A DNA stretch of 64,000 nucleotides from an uncultured Gammaproteobacteria bacterium (lineage in GTDB: Bacteria; Patescibacteriota; Microgenomatia; Levybacterales; UBA12049). How positions within the stretch are numbered: position 1 is the stretch's first letter; every line of letters begins with the position of its first letter. The translations under genes were made by a program, and so were the position numbers. The stretch spans positions 11,368-75,367 of the forward strand of contig CAZWXQ010000004.1 of NCBI GenBank assembly GCA_964637955.1, given 5' to 3'. The notes below the pieces were generated by a model. That model made no database searches and was not told the DNA's origin. It was given only the letters and a program-made list of their open reading frames with translations. Below are positions 47,853-57,405 of the stretch, one piece after another.

Positions 47853-48196
47853 TCTATTAAATCTCCTTCCTGAGTCATGTAATCAGCAGGCCCAACCTGG
47901 GATTCTTTTCCATTAACAATAAATGCCCAAAACTCTCTTTTATTTTCATCTGCCTGCCTACCATTAATCGAGGTAACCAAGCCTGATGTTACCTGCTTGA
48001 TAGTTGTTTTTTCTTTGAGAACTTCTAATGCACTTTTGCCTTCAACTCCCTGATACGAAAAACTATTATTCTGAGCTGAAACTGTAGGCCTTGAGCTTAA
48101 TTTTTTATTCTGCTGATTATAAAAAACAAATAAGACACCCCCGGCTAATATAATTAGAATTAAAATAATTAAAAATAATTTATTTCTTTTTCCCAT
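47831..48196 (-). CDS. membrane-anchored DUF4430 (transcobalamin-like) protein
   Basis: VTSINGR..FWAFIVNGK..VG..GDLIEW; ATG 48196 after the terminator. Confidence 0.82.
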   Translation of the reverse strand: MGKRNKLFLIILILIILAGGVLFVFYNQQNKKLSSRPTVSAQNNSFSYQGVEGKSALEVLKEKTTIKQVTSGLVTSINGRQADENKREFWAFIVNGKESQVGPADYMTQEGDLIEWKIQNY

Positions 48197-48243
48197 AAAA
48201 AAAACTCCCCGTTTGTCCTGTAAGGACTCTCGAGAAGTCGACA
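48197..48243 (-). terminator. riboswitch expression-platform terminator
   Basis: ACTTCTCG...CGGGGAGT stem followed by a T-run abutting ATG. Confidence 0.65.
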
Positions 48244-48265
48244 AATAGATCTTGCTCGAGAATAA

Positions 48266-48362
48266 AATAAGGTGGTTTTCCGACTTTACGGTAGCGGCAC
48301 TGTGTGGGATTTCCAGCTCATCATTATTGATGAGCAGTCACCCGTCTTGCCCAATCCTTATT
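48266..48362 (-). ncRNA. cobalamin riboswitch (compact class II/AdoCbl-variant type)
   Basis: AATAAGG/CCTTATT closing stem; AATCCCACACAGTGCCGCTACCGTAA and AAGTCGGAAAACC (B12-box-like); upstream of B12 genes. Confidence 0.82.
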
Positions 48363-48435
48363 GCAAATATTTTAGTATCTAAATAGTAGGCATTAGAGAC
48401 TTCCAAACATATCTCTAATATCTACTACTCAAACA

Positions 48436-50835
48436 CTAACATTCACTATGTCCACATGAATAGCATTTTCCACAACCTTCTTCGTATACGAAACTGCTAG
48501 TTCCACATTCTGGGCAAATATCCATCGTGTGTGTTTTTGGCTTTGTGTCCATGGTTATTCCCTCCTGAAGTGGAAGCTGTGTAAGAACTGTAATTTCTTC
48601 TTTTTCTTCTATTTGCTCTGAGACAATTGGCGCATCAGCTGGAGCTGAAGCAACTGGTGTTACTACCCCTGGAGCGAGCTTATCCTCCACTACTCCATTT
48701 ACCTTAAATGCATACTGCTTAGCTAGAACCTTGGCAATAGCATCTGGCAGAGATCTAACTCGGTTTTCTCCAAAACCTACACTTCTTGCTCCTCCTATTC
48801 CGGAGAGCTGACTTATAACTTGCCTTATCCTCTCGCGCGGCGGCAGGTTGCCTGCGAGACGAAGGTTTAGAGACACCATGCGACCAAGTGCATCAGCCAT
48901 AGCAGATAAATCTGATCCTGGCTTTCCAATCGTGATAAAGACTTCAAAAGGTTCTCCATTTTGATCGTGATTTAATGTGATATATGTGTCTCCAACTGGA
49001 GTTTGAGTCTTATATGTAACTCCTTCTACCATCATAGGCCTTGGTGCACGAACAATCTCCTTAGGAAGAACTGCAGCTTTAGCTTCCTCTTTTGGTTTTT
49101 CATCAACATGAGAAAGCACACCTTGTCGCGAACCGTCTCTGAAATAAGTAACACCCTTTAATCCGTTATCATAAGCCATCATGTAAAGATTTTTTACATC
49201 TTCTACACTATGTCCATTTGGCGCGTTCACTGTTTTAGAAATAGAAGAATCGATATATTCCTGCGCAATTGCTTGAACCATAACATGCTCTTCTGGAGTC
49301 AGGTCATTTGATGAAGCAAAATAATCTGGCTTTGCTTCCCCTGGATGTTTTTTCTGCCACTCTTCATAAAGCGGGTGGAACATTCTATGCTCCCCTAGCC
49401 TGTCTCGTCTGATAAATTCAAACTCATAAACTGGCTCAACTCCAGATGAAACTCCAGAAATCAAACTTGTAGTTCCGGTTGGAGCAATAGTAAGAAGTAC
49501 GGCATTTCTGATTCCATTTTTGGCAATCCTTGCTTGCAACCATTTCGGAAGATTCTGAATGTGATATCCCTGAAGATATTTTTCTTTATCAAACTTAGGA
49601 AATGCTCCTTTTTCCTTTGCAATATCACTTGAAGCCTCATAAGCATTATTCCTGAGAGTTTCAAAAATTTTCTTAATGGTTTCCTCAGACTCTGGTGCGC
49701 CGTATCTAAGCTTCATCTTAATAAGTGCATCTGCAAGCCCTAAAATGCCTAAACCAGTTCTTCTAATGTCTTTTGCTACCTGCTCATTTTCTTTGAAGAA
49801 ATAATACGTGTCATCTATTACATTATCCAAAAATCTCATTGCGACTTTTACATCCTTACCAAATGAAACGAAGTCAAATTTTTCGTTTTTTACATAGGCT
49901 GCTAGATTCATGGCACCTAGATTGCAAACTGCCCATGCTCCAAGAGGCTGTTCTCCACATGGATTTGTAGCAATAAGTTTTTCAAAATACCAAGTGTTGC
50001 TTCTTTTATTGGATCTTTCGAGGAAGTGAAGGCCTGGCTCAGCACTTCGCCATGCTGCTGTACAAATAAGATCCCATAATTCTTTTGCTTTTACCGTTTT
50101 ATAAACTTTTGTTTTTCTTCCAGCTTTTTTCCAACCAATTAAATCTCCATCCCAATCTTTATCATAATTTGGATCATCTAGATCTGGGTATTCTAGATTC
50201 CAATCAGCATCTGCTTTTACAGCTTCCATGAAAGCATCAGATACACAAACCGAGAGATTTGCGCCATTAATCTTAGTCAAATCTTCTTTTACGGTAATAA
50301 ATTCCTCAACATCAGGATGCCAATCATGAAGCATAAGCATAGTTGCTCCACGGCGGCTTCCACCCTGCTGTACAACATCATGAGTTGCATAAGAGAACAA
50401 GCCAGCCCATGTAACTGGACCTGAAGAAAATCCATTAACTTTCTTTACCCTTGCACCGCGAGGCCTTAGAGAAGATAAATTCAAACCAACTCCACCTGAG
50501 CGAGACTGAATCTCAACTAATTGCTTTAAGGAATCAATTATTCCTTCACGACTATCTTTTGGAGATGGAATAACAAAACAATTAAAATAAGTTACTTGGA
50601 AATCTGTTCCTGCACCTGAGAGAATTCTACCGCCTGGAACGAACTTGAAGTCGCTCATTACATCATAGAATTTTTTCTCCCAAACTCCACGAGCTGTTTT
50701 TCTTTCCTGCTTAGCAATACCCTTAGCTACTCTTCTCCACATTTCTTCTGGAGTTTTTTCCAATGCATTACCTTCTTTATCTTTTAAAGAATATCTGTCT
50801 AAAAATACTTTTTCTCTTACGCCATCAAGTTTCAT
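48436..50835 (-). CDS. nrdJ: class II adenosylcobalamin-dependent ribonucleotide reductase
   Basis: PGGRIL, NCFV, TNPCGEQ, IAPTGT, SISKTVN, C-terminal TSCPD-like domain and zinc ribbon. Confidence 0.95.
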   Translation of the reverse strand: MKLDGVREKVFLDRYSLKDKEGNALEKTPEEMWRRVAKGIAKQERKTARGVWEKKFYDVMSDFKFVPGGRILSGAGTDFQVTYFNCFVIPSPKDSREGIIDSLKQLVEIQSRSGGVGLNLSSLRPRGARVKKVNGFSSGPVTWAGLFSYATHDVVQQGGSRRGATMLMLHDWHPDVEEFITVKEDLTKINGANLSVCVSDAFMEAVKADADWNLEYPDLDDPNYDKDWDGDLIGWKKAGRKTKVYKTVKAKELWDLICTAAWRSAEPGLHFLERSNKRSNTWYFEKLIATNPCGEQPLGAWAVCNLGAMNLAAYVKNEKFDFVSFGKDVKVAMRFLDNVIDDTYYFFKENEQVAKDIRRTGLGILGLADALIKMKLRYGAPESEETIKKIFETLRNNAYEASSDIAKEKGAFPKFDKEKYLQGYHIQNLPKWLQARIAKNGIRNAVLLTIAPTGTTSLISGVSSGVEPVYEFEFIRRDRLGEHRMFHPLYEEWQKKHPGEAKPDYFASSNDLTPEEHVMVQAIAQEYIDSSISKTVNAPNGHSVEDVKNLYMMAYDNGLKGVTYFRDGSRQGVLSHVDEKPKEEAKAAVLPKEIVRAPRPMMVEGVTYKTQTPVGDTYITLNHDQNGEPFEVFITIGKPGSDLSAMADALGRMVSLNLRLAGNLPPRERIRQVISQLSGIGGARSVGFGENRVRSLPDAIAKVLAKQYAFKVNGVVEDKLAPGVVTPVASAPADAPIVSEQIEEKEEITVLTQLPLQEGITMDTKPKTHTMDICPECGTSSFVYEEGCGKCYSCGHSEC

Positions 50836-50848
50836 AATTTTATTTCAA

Positions 50849-50875
50849 TGTCATTCCGAACTTGTTTCGGAATCT
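50849..50875 (+). repeat. TGTCA-tagged 27-bp REP-like hairpin
   Basis: TGTCATTCCGAA-CTTGT-TTCGGAATCT. Confidence 0.85.
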
Positions 50876-51272
50876 AATTTACCAATTTCCTTTCCGTTTG
50901 ATTTTCTGCTGATACTACTTCAAGCATAGCTGCTCCCAATTCTTTTTTATTATGATTTAAGCTAAATTTATAATCCCCTTCTGACTCGATAGGAAGTCCT
51001 GCAAGCTCTACTATTAAATTATTTTTGCCATTTTCCCCAGTTGTACTATTTAGATTAAAAGAAGCAATCTCTTTCGTTCCTTTTTTAAAACTTAAATCAA
51101 GTTTATATTCTGTAAATGTTTCTCCACTTATAGTTGCTACAAAAAATGCTCTGACAAGTGTCGTTGGAAAAGTGACAACATTTAATTTGTCAAAAATTCC
51201 ATCAATACTTAGCTTCCCTTCTCGGGATACTGATGCATAGTCTGATAATGTTATTAAATTTACTTTTAACAT
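50874..51272 (-). CDS. DUF6941-like protein
   Basis: DYA....GKLSIDGIFD motif; between nrdR and nrdJ. Confidence 0.65.
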   Translation of the reverse strand: MLKVNLITLSDYASVSREGKLSIDGIFDKLNVVTFPTTLVRAFFVATISGETFTEYKLDLSFKKGTKEIASFNLNSTTGENGKNNLIVELAGLPIESEGDYKFSLNHNKKELGAAMLEVVSAENQTERKLVN

Positions 51273-51275
51273 ATT

Positions 51276-51725
51276 TTAATTAGTTAGTTTTTTTACTTCT
51301 TTCTCAAAATCTTCTATGTCTACAAACCTTTTGAAGACGCTAGAAAACCTTATGTATGCTATTTTATCAAGCTTCTTAAGTCTGATAGAAACTAATTGCC
51401 CGATTTTCTTACTGTCTACTTCTACAGACTCCCCACCTCGAAGTTCTCTTTCTATTTCAGTAACGATTTTTTCAACATCGTCTACTGTAACTGTAGTTTT
51501 CTCACAAGATCTAAGTATTCCATTTTTTAATTTGTCGCGGTCAAATTGTTCGCGTCTTCCGTCTTTCTTAATAACAACAAGATTAATGTTTTCTACTCTC
51601 TCATAAGTAGTAAATCTTTTCTCACACTTAACGCAATTACGTCTTCTTCTGATTGTTTCTAAATCTTCAGAATCCCTAGTCTCTACAACCTCTGTTTCTC
51701 TTGATCCGCAATATGGACATTTCAT
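51276..51725 (-). CDS. nrdR: transcriptional repressor NrdR
   Basis: MKCPYC, RRRRNCVKC..RFTTYE, ATP cone, AYIRFSSV. Confidence 0.97.
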   Translation of the reverse strand: MKCPYCGSRETEVVETRDSEDLETIRRRRNCVKCEKRFTTYERVENINLVVIKKDGRREQFDRDKLKNGILRSCEKTTVTVDDVEKIVTEIERELRGGESVEVDSKKIGQLVSIRLKKLDKIAYIRFSSVFKRFVDIEDFEKEVKKLTN

Positions 51726-51817
51726 ATTTGTTTATTTCCTGGGCAAAAAGTCAATGTTCCGGCACTCTCCTAAACCTGCTTTGTTAAAATTGAAATCTAT
51801 ATGATTCAATTCTAGGA

Positions 51818-51870
51818 GCACTAAATCTAGTGCCAAGATTGATCTTATGACGCTACTAGCGGGGTGTCAA
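51818..51870 (-). promoter_or_regulatory. nrdR operon promoter with tandem NrdR boxes
   Basis: TTGACA-17-TAAGAT (51870-51842); box GCACTAAATCTAGTGC at 51818-51833 and weaker box at 51850-51865, 32 bp apart. Confidence 0.8.
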
Positions 51871-52027
51871 CTACTAATAACTGGATCAAAAATAGTCAAG
51901 TTAAAAATTAGCCTCACTTTTTAAATCATTTAAAAAATCACAAAAATAGTGCAAAAAAATGGGTAAAATTTATAACAAGATCTCTTAAGTTAAGAGTAAT
52001 AAATTACATCAATTTAGATATTTTTAA

Positions 52028-52591
52028 CTAAATCTGTGGATTAAATGAATTTACTTTATTTTGAATGATTTGCACTTTTTGAAGACCATCTTTTAGTTTA
52101 TTCAAATCTTCGCCACTTGATGATTTGAGCAAACTATCAATTTCCTCTTTTTGCTTATCCGAAGAAGTTTTAATTTTTGAATTTATCTCATAAACATTTT
52201 CATCCGTTTCTTTCGCTTCCTTCATTTTTTCAAAAGATTTATCAAGATAAGTTTGGCTTTTTGAAAGAGTTTCAAAAGCCACTTCCTTATCTCCCCTTTT
52301 GTAAAGGATAAGAAATGCAGCAAGTCTTTTATCCGCTTGAAGTAAATAGAAATTAGATTTTTTAAGAGGGCTTGAAGGCATAACTTCTGTAAACTTATCT
52401 CTTATTAATTTAACAGTGTATAAAGCTGATCCAGGAAGAATACCGGGATATGGAAGCTCATAATTTACAGGTGTGGGCCCAGTGCTAGGAGTAGCACTTA
52501 CTGTTGGCATAGGAATTGTTATATTTTGAGCTAGAGCGTGTGAATTAAAAATCAGCGTGAAAAGAAAAAATATTATTAAGATTTTTTTCAT
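52028..52591 (-). CDS. secreted DUF5667-like protein
   Basis: Signal peptide, YELPYPGILPGS..LYTVKLIRD, ADKRL. Confidence 0.75.
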   Translation of the reverse strand: MKKILIIFFLFTLIFNSHALAQNITIPMPTVSATPSTGPTPVNYELPYPGILPGSALYTVKLIRDKFTEVMPSSPLKKSNFYLLQADKRLAAFLILYKRGDKEVAFETLSKSQTYLDKSFEKMKEAKETDENVYEINSKIKTSSDKQKEEIDSLLKSSSGEDLNKLKDGLQKVQIIQNKVNSFNPQI

Positions 52592-52643
52592 AGATCATCT
52601 GCCTCCAGGCAAAACCCTACTCTACCACCAGGTATTTTAAATA

Positions 52644-53231
52644 TCAAGAGCTTGAGACGTTAAGTTTTTCGAGGACTAAATTAAGACTATCAGTGGGATT
52701 ATGAGAATAAGTATTGATGACTAAATCGTAATATTTGGTATCCCAATAAACCCAATCAGGATCTCCATTTACATATATTCTTCTCCACTTCTCGATATCA
52801 TTATTTTCTCTTTCGATGATTTCTGCCTTTGCTTCTTCAACACTTGATTCTTCTCGATTTATAAATCTATCTATTCGAATATCTATATGATCATTCCCCT
52901 CTTCATCCTGACAGATAACCAAAATTTTAAACACACCCTCAACACCTTGAGCGTTAAAACCAGCCAATTTTGTTTCAAGAACAATGTGCTTTTCTTCATG
53001 TATGATTTTTTTTAGTTCCTCATCAAAAATCTTATCCTCATCGTCTGGTCTTTTATTTGTATCTTTTGAATCTAAGCCAAGCTTTGAACGGACTCTTTCC
53101 CAAAAAATATCTCCACCTTCGATATGTTTCCAATCAAGTGTTTTAGATAAGTTTTTAGCGAGAGTTGTGGATCCTGCGGCAATGCGACCTGAGACTGTGA
53201 TTATTCTTGTACCATCTAAATCTTTTGGCAT
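52644..53231 (-). CDS. cmk: cytidylate kinase, archaeal type
   Basis: ITVSGRIAAGSTT, ETKLAG, YDLVINT. Confidence 0.75.
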   Translation of the reverse strand: MPKDLDGTRIITVSGRIAAGSTTLAKNLSKTLDWKHIEGGDIFWERVRSKLGLDSKDTNKRPDDEDKIFDEELKKIIHEEKHIVLETKLAGFNAQGVEGVFKILVICQDEEGNDHIDIRIDRFINREESSVEEAKAEIIERENNDIEKWRRIYVNGDPDWVYWDTKYYDLVINTYSHNPTDSLNLVLEKLNVSSS

Positions 53232-53339
53232 TTCCCCAGTATACCACGGCTGTTTTATTGATCAAGGGGCTAAATCACAAAAATTTTTAAAAATAGCTAA
53301 TTAATTGAAATACAATTTAAAAATGATTAATATTATTAT

Positions 53340-55184
53340 ATGGAACCAAGACATGAAGGCTCTCCTCCACCTTATGAGTCTCCTATAAAATATGAGATAA
53401 GAAATCCTGAAGGATTACTAGATGCCTTTAATTCTGAAGGAAAAATCCAAGTTGGACCCGAAGACACGTTTTCCCCAGGTCCTTCATTCTTAAACTATAG
53501 AAACGCTAGAATTCTAGGCTTATCTGAGAGAGAAGCTTTAGGAACGGGAACAATGCATCTTGATAAAAAAACACCCGAAATTGCACAAATTATCCAAGAG
53601 CAAATTAAAAATCACCTATCCCCTGATATAATTTTTGAATTTTTTGAAACAAATGAAGCTAACCCACATAATCCAAATCCATATTATAAAGTTACTCGTA
53701 AAAACCAGGACGGCGAACAGTTACTCGTAACCATGGAAACAGGTGGCGGATTTCATGCATTTTTAGAAGGTACAGAATCCGTAGAAGACTTTGAAAAGCA
53801 AATCCGACTAGCTATGGAAATCTTCAGAATCTACAAAACAGAAACATATAAAGCAAATAACGTAGAACTTCCCGAAGATATAAGTCCAATAATTATTGAT
53901 GGCGATTATAGACCTTTTAACAATTCTTTAAGTGATTTTTTTAAAATAGATCCTAAAAAAAACAATTTAACTTCCGGCAAGGAAATTGATAGCTATATCC
54001 AATATATGAATGATAAAATTCTACCAAACCTTAATCCAGTAGAACTAAAAAACTTACCTACCCCAGAAGAACTTGAAGACATAATGAATGATGCAAATAT
54101 TCCACAAGATCTAAGAGACATGATGAGACTATATGTAGATACACAAAGAAGAATATTATCTGATAAACCAGGTTTAACATCTTCAGAATTAAATAAATTA
54201 GCAGATGAACAAACGCAAAGCTCAAGAAGCAAGAAAACTGAAAAAGTTAAAAAAACTTTTGGAGTAGAAAGAACTCCCGAACTTCAGGGCTTAAGACAGT
54301 CTATAGTGGTAGAAGATAAACCAGATGTTAAATTTGAAGATATAGCCGGACAAGATAAAGCTGTAAGTGAAGCAAGAGATTTAGCAAAAATACTTTCAAG
54401 AAGAGATGAAATAGAAAAAATGTATGGCCCAGATTTAGTTCCTAGAGGAATACTTTTTTATGGACCTCCAGGAACAGGAAAAACCATGATCGCAAAAGCA
54501 CTTGCAAATGAGGCAGAAGCAGGCTTCGTAATGGTAAAAGCACCTGATTTAGCTTCAAAATGGTACGGAGATAGTGAAAAATTTGCAAAAGGAGTTTTTG
54601 ATATAGCTAGAGAAGTAGCAAGCGAACAAGGTCATTGCATACTATATGTTGATGAGGTTGATGCAATTCTACCACCTAGAAACAGAGGCAACGGTCATGA
54701 AGTAACTAATAGAGTTATAAGCACATTTTTACAAGAAATTGATGGCCTTTCTACTGAGGCAGGCCAAATTACTGTTGTTGCATCAACAAATTTACCAGAT
54801 AACGTAGAGCCAGCATTCCTATCCAGAATGAGCTCATGGGTTGAAGTTCCCCTACCTGACGCGAATGGCAGATATAAAATACTTGAAAGCCATTTTAAGA
54901 AAAGAGCAGAAATGGCTGGAAAATCCACACTTCTTGATGATTCAATAGACTTAAAAGAAATTATGGAAAGCACAGAAGGATTATCTGGAAGAGATATCTC
55001 AGATTTAGTTCAGGTTATTTTAAGAAGAAAAGGGATTCAGGCGCTCGATCATGGATTTCAACCAGTTACTAGCGCAGATATATATACTGCGATAAAAGAA
55101 TCAACAAAAACCAGAGGCCTACAAAATGATGCAAGAAAAAGAGTGAATCAAATGGGATTTAGACCGGTAGACAAACAGCAATAA
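53340..55184 (+). CDS. classic-clade AAA ATPase with unknown N-terminal region
   Basis: [13 protein letters not shown] pore loop, LYVDEVD, STNLPD..AFLSR. Confidence 0.88.
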   Translation: MEPRHEGSPPPYESPIKYEIRNPEGLLDAFNSEGKIQVGPEDTFSPGPSFLNYRNARILGLSEREALGTGTMHLDKKTPEIAQIIQEQIKNHLSPDIIFEFFETNEANPHNPNPYYKVTRKNQDGEQLLVTMETGGGFHAFLEGTESVEDFEKQIRLAMEIFRIYKTETYKANNVELPEDISPIIIDGDYRPFNNSLSDFFKIDPKKNNLTSGKEIDSYIQYMNDKILPNLNPVELKNLPTPEELEDIMNDANIPQDLRDMMRLYVDTQRRILSDKPGLTSSELNKLADEQTQSSRSKKTEKVKKTFGVERTPELQGLRQSIVVEDKPDVKFEDIAGQDKAVSEARDLAKILSRRDEIEKMYGPDLVPRGILFYGPPGTGKTMIAKALANEAEAGFVMVKAPDLASKWYGDSEKFAKGVFDIAREVASEQGHCILYVDEVDAILPPRNRGNGHEVTNRVISTFLQEIDGLSTEAGQITVVASTNLPDNVEPAFLSRMSSWVEVPLPDANGRYKILESHFKKRAEMAGKSTLLDDSIDLKEIMESTEGLSGRDISDLVQVILRRKGIQALDHGFQPVTSADIYTAIKESTKTRGLQNDARKRVNQMGFRPVDKQQ

Positions 55185-55208
55185 TAAAAAGGTCAATTTA
55201 ATATGAGG

Positions 55209-56252
55209 TTAAGTTTCCAGAGCTTGGAGTCCTGGGAGCTTTATGCCTGCGAGAAATTCGAGCATGGCTCCACCGCCAACTGAGGCAAAATCAAAATTAT
55301 TTATCAAATTTTTATTTTGAAGAAATCCTATCGTATCCCCTCCTCCAATTACCTTATAAGCTTTTGATTTATTAATAATCTTTGCGATTTCAATAGTGCC
55401 ATGGTCATACCCTTCTTCGATAAATCCCATTGGCCCATTCCAAACCACAGTCGCGCTTTCTTCAATTATTTGAGCAAAATTTTCTATACTATTCTGAGTG
55501 ATATCAAATTTATTAGGAGTCAAATCAGCCACTATTAATATTGCTTTTTGTCCTTTTATTTTTTCGTGAGCTTCATGAGCCAAAACTTTTGTTTGCTCTG
55601 CAATCTCTCCACCTACTAGAACAAAGTCGGCAAATCTATGCATATTTGAAATGAGAGGAAGCTTGGTCTCAATCTTTGCTCCCCCTATTACCATAGTAAG
55701 TGGCCTTTTTGGAGAATTTAATACTTTTGAAAGCACTTTAACCTCTTTCATAAGATGAAATCCACCGTAACCTGGAATAATCTTAGCAACTCCATATGTC
55801 GAGGCATGTGCTCTATGAGAAACTGCAAAAGCTTCGTTTACATAAATCTCTGCTGTAGAAGCCAATTTTTTGGAATATTCATCATTATTTTCTTCCTCAC
55901 CTTTATTAAATCTTATGTTTTCTAAGACAAACAAATTATCACTAAGCCTCCAACCTTCAAAGTCTCCAATCTTGGTGTCTTCAAAGTCTCCATCCGTAAA
56001 CCTATTTGCAAACCACTCAGCTACTATTTTCTGGCTATATTTTTTATCCACGCCATCTGGTCTACCCATATGACCCGCGAGGACAATAATCGCACCCTCA
56101 TGAATTAAAAATTGAATAGTTTCTAGACTTGAAGTAAGCCTTGAGGCGTCTTCGATTTCACCATCAGCAATTGGAACATCAAAATCACAACGCACCAACA
56201 CCTTTTTTCCTTTAACTTTTGCATCACTTATACTTTTAATATTGTATTCCAT
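55209..56252 (-). CDS. pgk: phosphoglycerate kinase
   Basis: VRCDFDVP, HMGRP, LENIRF, HRAHAS, GGAK, WNGPMG, GGGAMLEF. Confidence 0.95.
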   Translation of the reverse strand: MEYNIKSISDAKVKGKKVLVRCDFDVPIADGEIEDASRLTSSLETIQFLIHEGAIIVLAGHMGRPDGVDKKYSQKIVAEWFANRFTDGDFEDTKIGDFEGWRLSDNLFVLENIRFNKGEEENNDEYSKKLASTAEIYVNEAFAVSHRAHASTYGVAKIIPGYGGFHLMKEVKVLSKVLNSPKRPLTMVIGGAKIETKLPLISNMHRFADFVLVGGEIAEQTKVLAHEAHEKIKGQKAILIVADLTPNKFDITQNSIENFAQIIEESATVVWNGPMGFIEEGYDHGTIEIAKIINKSKAYKVIGGGDTIGFLQNKNLINNFDFASVGGGAMLEFLAGIKLPGLQALET

Positions 56253-56254
56253 AC

Positions 56255-57283
56255 TTAATCGGAGAATTCCTGACAAAACATCTGCCCATAAACTCCCCCA
56301 TCAATTACTCCAACTCCTAATTTTCCAAAGTTTTCAGATAATATATTTGCCTTATGTCCAGGGCTATTCATAAGTCCTTTCATGGCAAGAATCGTAGTTG
56401 GAGCAAGTGCTAGATTTTCACCAGCATAACCAAATTTCACTCCGCCTTCATTCATCCTATCAAATGGAGATTTACCTTCTGGCGTGTAATGTGAGAAATA
56501 GCCACGGGAGAACATGTCTTTACAATGCTTCCTAGCAACTCCCGCAAGTAGTTCATCTGGCTCCAGATTGGAAACTCCGACTTTATTTCTTTCCTTATTT
56601 ACAAGGATTAGCATTTCAGCTTCTGCTTCTTCATCGATTTTGAAATTAGTGGTTGAGAAATTTAGCTTTAAAGACTCCTCACTCTTTGGCTCAACAGTTA
56701 AAAATGTCAGTGCATCATTCACTGCCCCTCCAAAGACATCATTAACTTGCTCATCAAGTCCTTGGATACTCGAGACTAAAGGAGAGCCTAGTTTCGAATC
56801 AAATACTGAATTCTTTAGATATGGAGAAAGAGGAAGAGCAACTACCATAGTAAGAATAAACGCTAAAAGAACAACAGCCGATAAAACTCCAGGAACTATG
56901 CCTGCAAATCTACCAACCTTCTTAGTTATTTCAGATTTCTTAGAATGCTTTGAGAAAAAAGGCAAAATTAAAGTCCTAAATAAAATAGTTAAACAAACTT
57001 CACAAATAAAAGCTGCCAAGAAAAATCCAATCGCGTTACTAAATCCTTTTGGAATATGGAGCACATCTGACAAAAATACCGCAAATATATTGTAAAAGCT
57101 TAATGCAAAGATAAATGATAAAACAAAACTTATGAAATCACTAAGACTTCTCACGAACCCAACTGCATAACCCTCGCATGCATAAATTACGATGATAATG
57201 ACTACCGCAATATCTATGAAATTAAAATTAAATACCGGAATATAGAGAAAATCCAAAAATGCTTGAAAATTTCCAGGCAGCAT
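56255..57283 (-). CDS. CvpA-family membrane domain fused to CAP/SCP domain
   Basis: Hydrophobic N-half; GYFSH, AGENLA, MNSPGHKANIL. Confidence 0.88.
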   Translation of the reverse strand: MLPGNFQAFLDFLYIPVFNFNFIDIAVVIIIVIYACEGYAVGFVRSLSDFISFVLSFIFALSFYNIFAVFLSDVLHIPKGFSNAIGFFLAAFICEVCLTILFRTLILPFFSKHSKKSEITKKVGRFAGIVPGVLSAVVLLAFILTMVVALPLSPYLKNSVFDSKLGSPLVSSIQGLDEQVNDVFGGAVNDALTFLTVEPKSEESLKLNFSTTNFKIDEEAEAEMLILVNKERNKVGVSNLEPDELLAGVARKHCKDMFSRGYFSHYTPEGKSPFDRMNEGGVKFGYAGENLALAPTTILAMKGLMNSPGHKANILSENFGKLGVGVIDGGVYGQMFCQEFSD

Positions 57284-57405
57284 ACAACTATTATATATAA
57301 AACAAATTCTTTTAAAAGTAATAACATTGGATCTATATCAATTCAATAAAGCACAATTCAAGGCAAATTCTTAATAAATCATCTGCATAATGATATAATT
57401 TCGTA

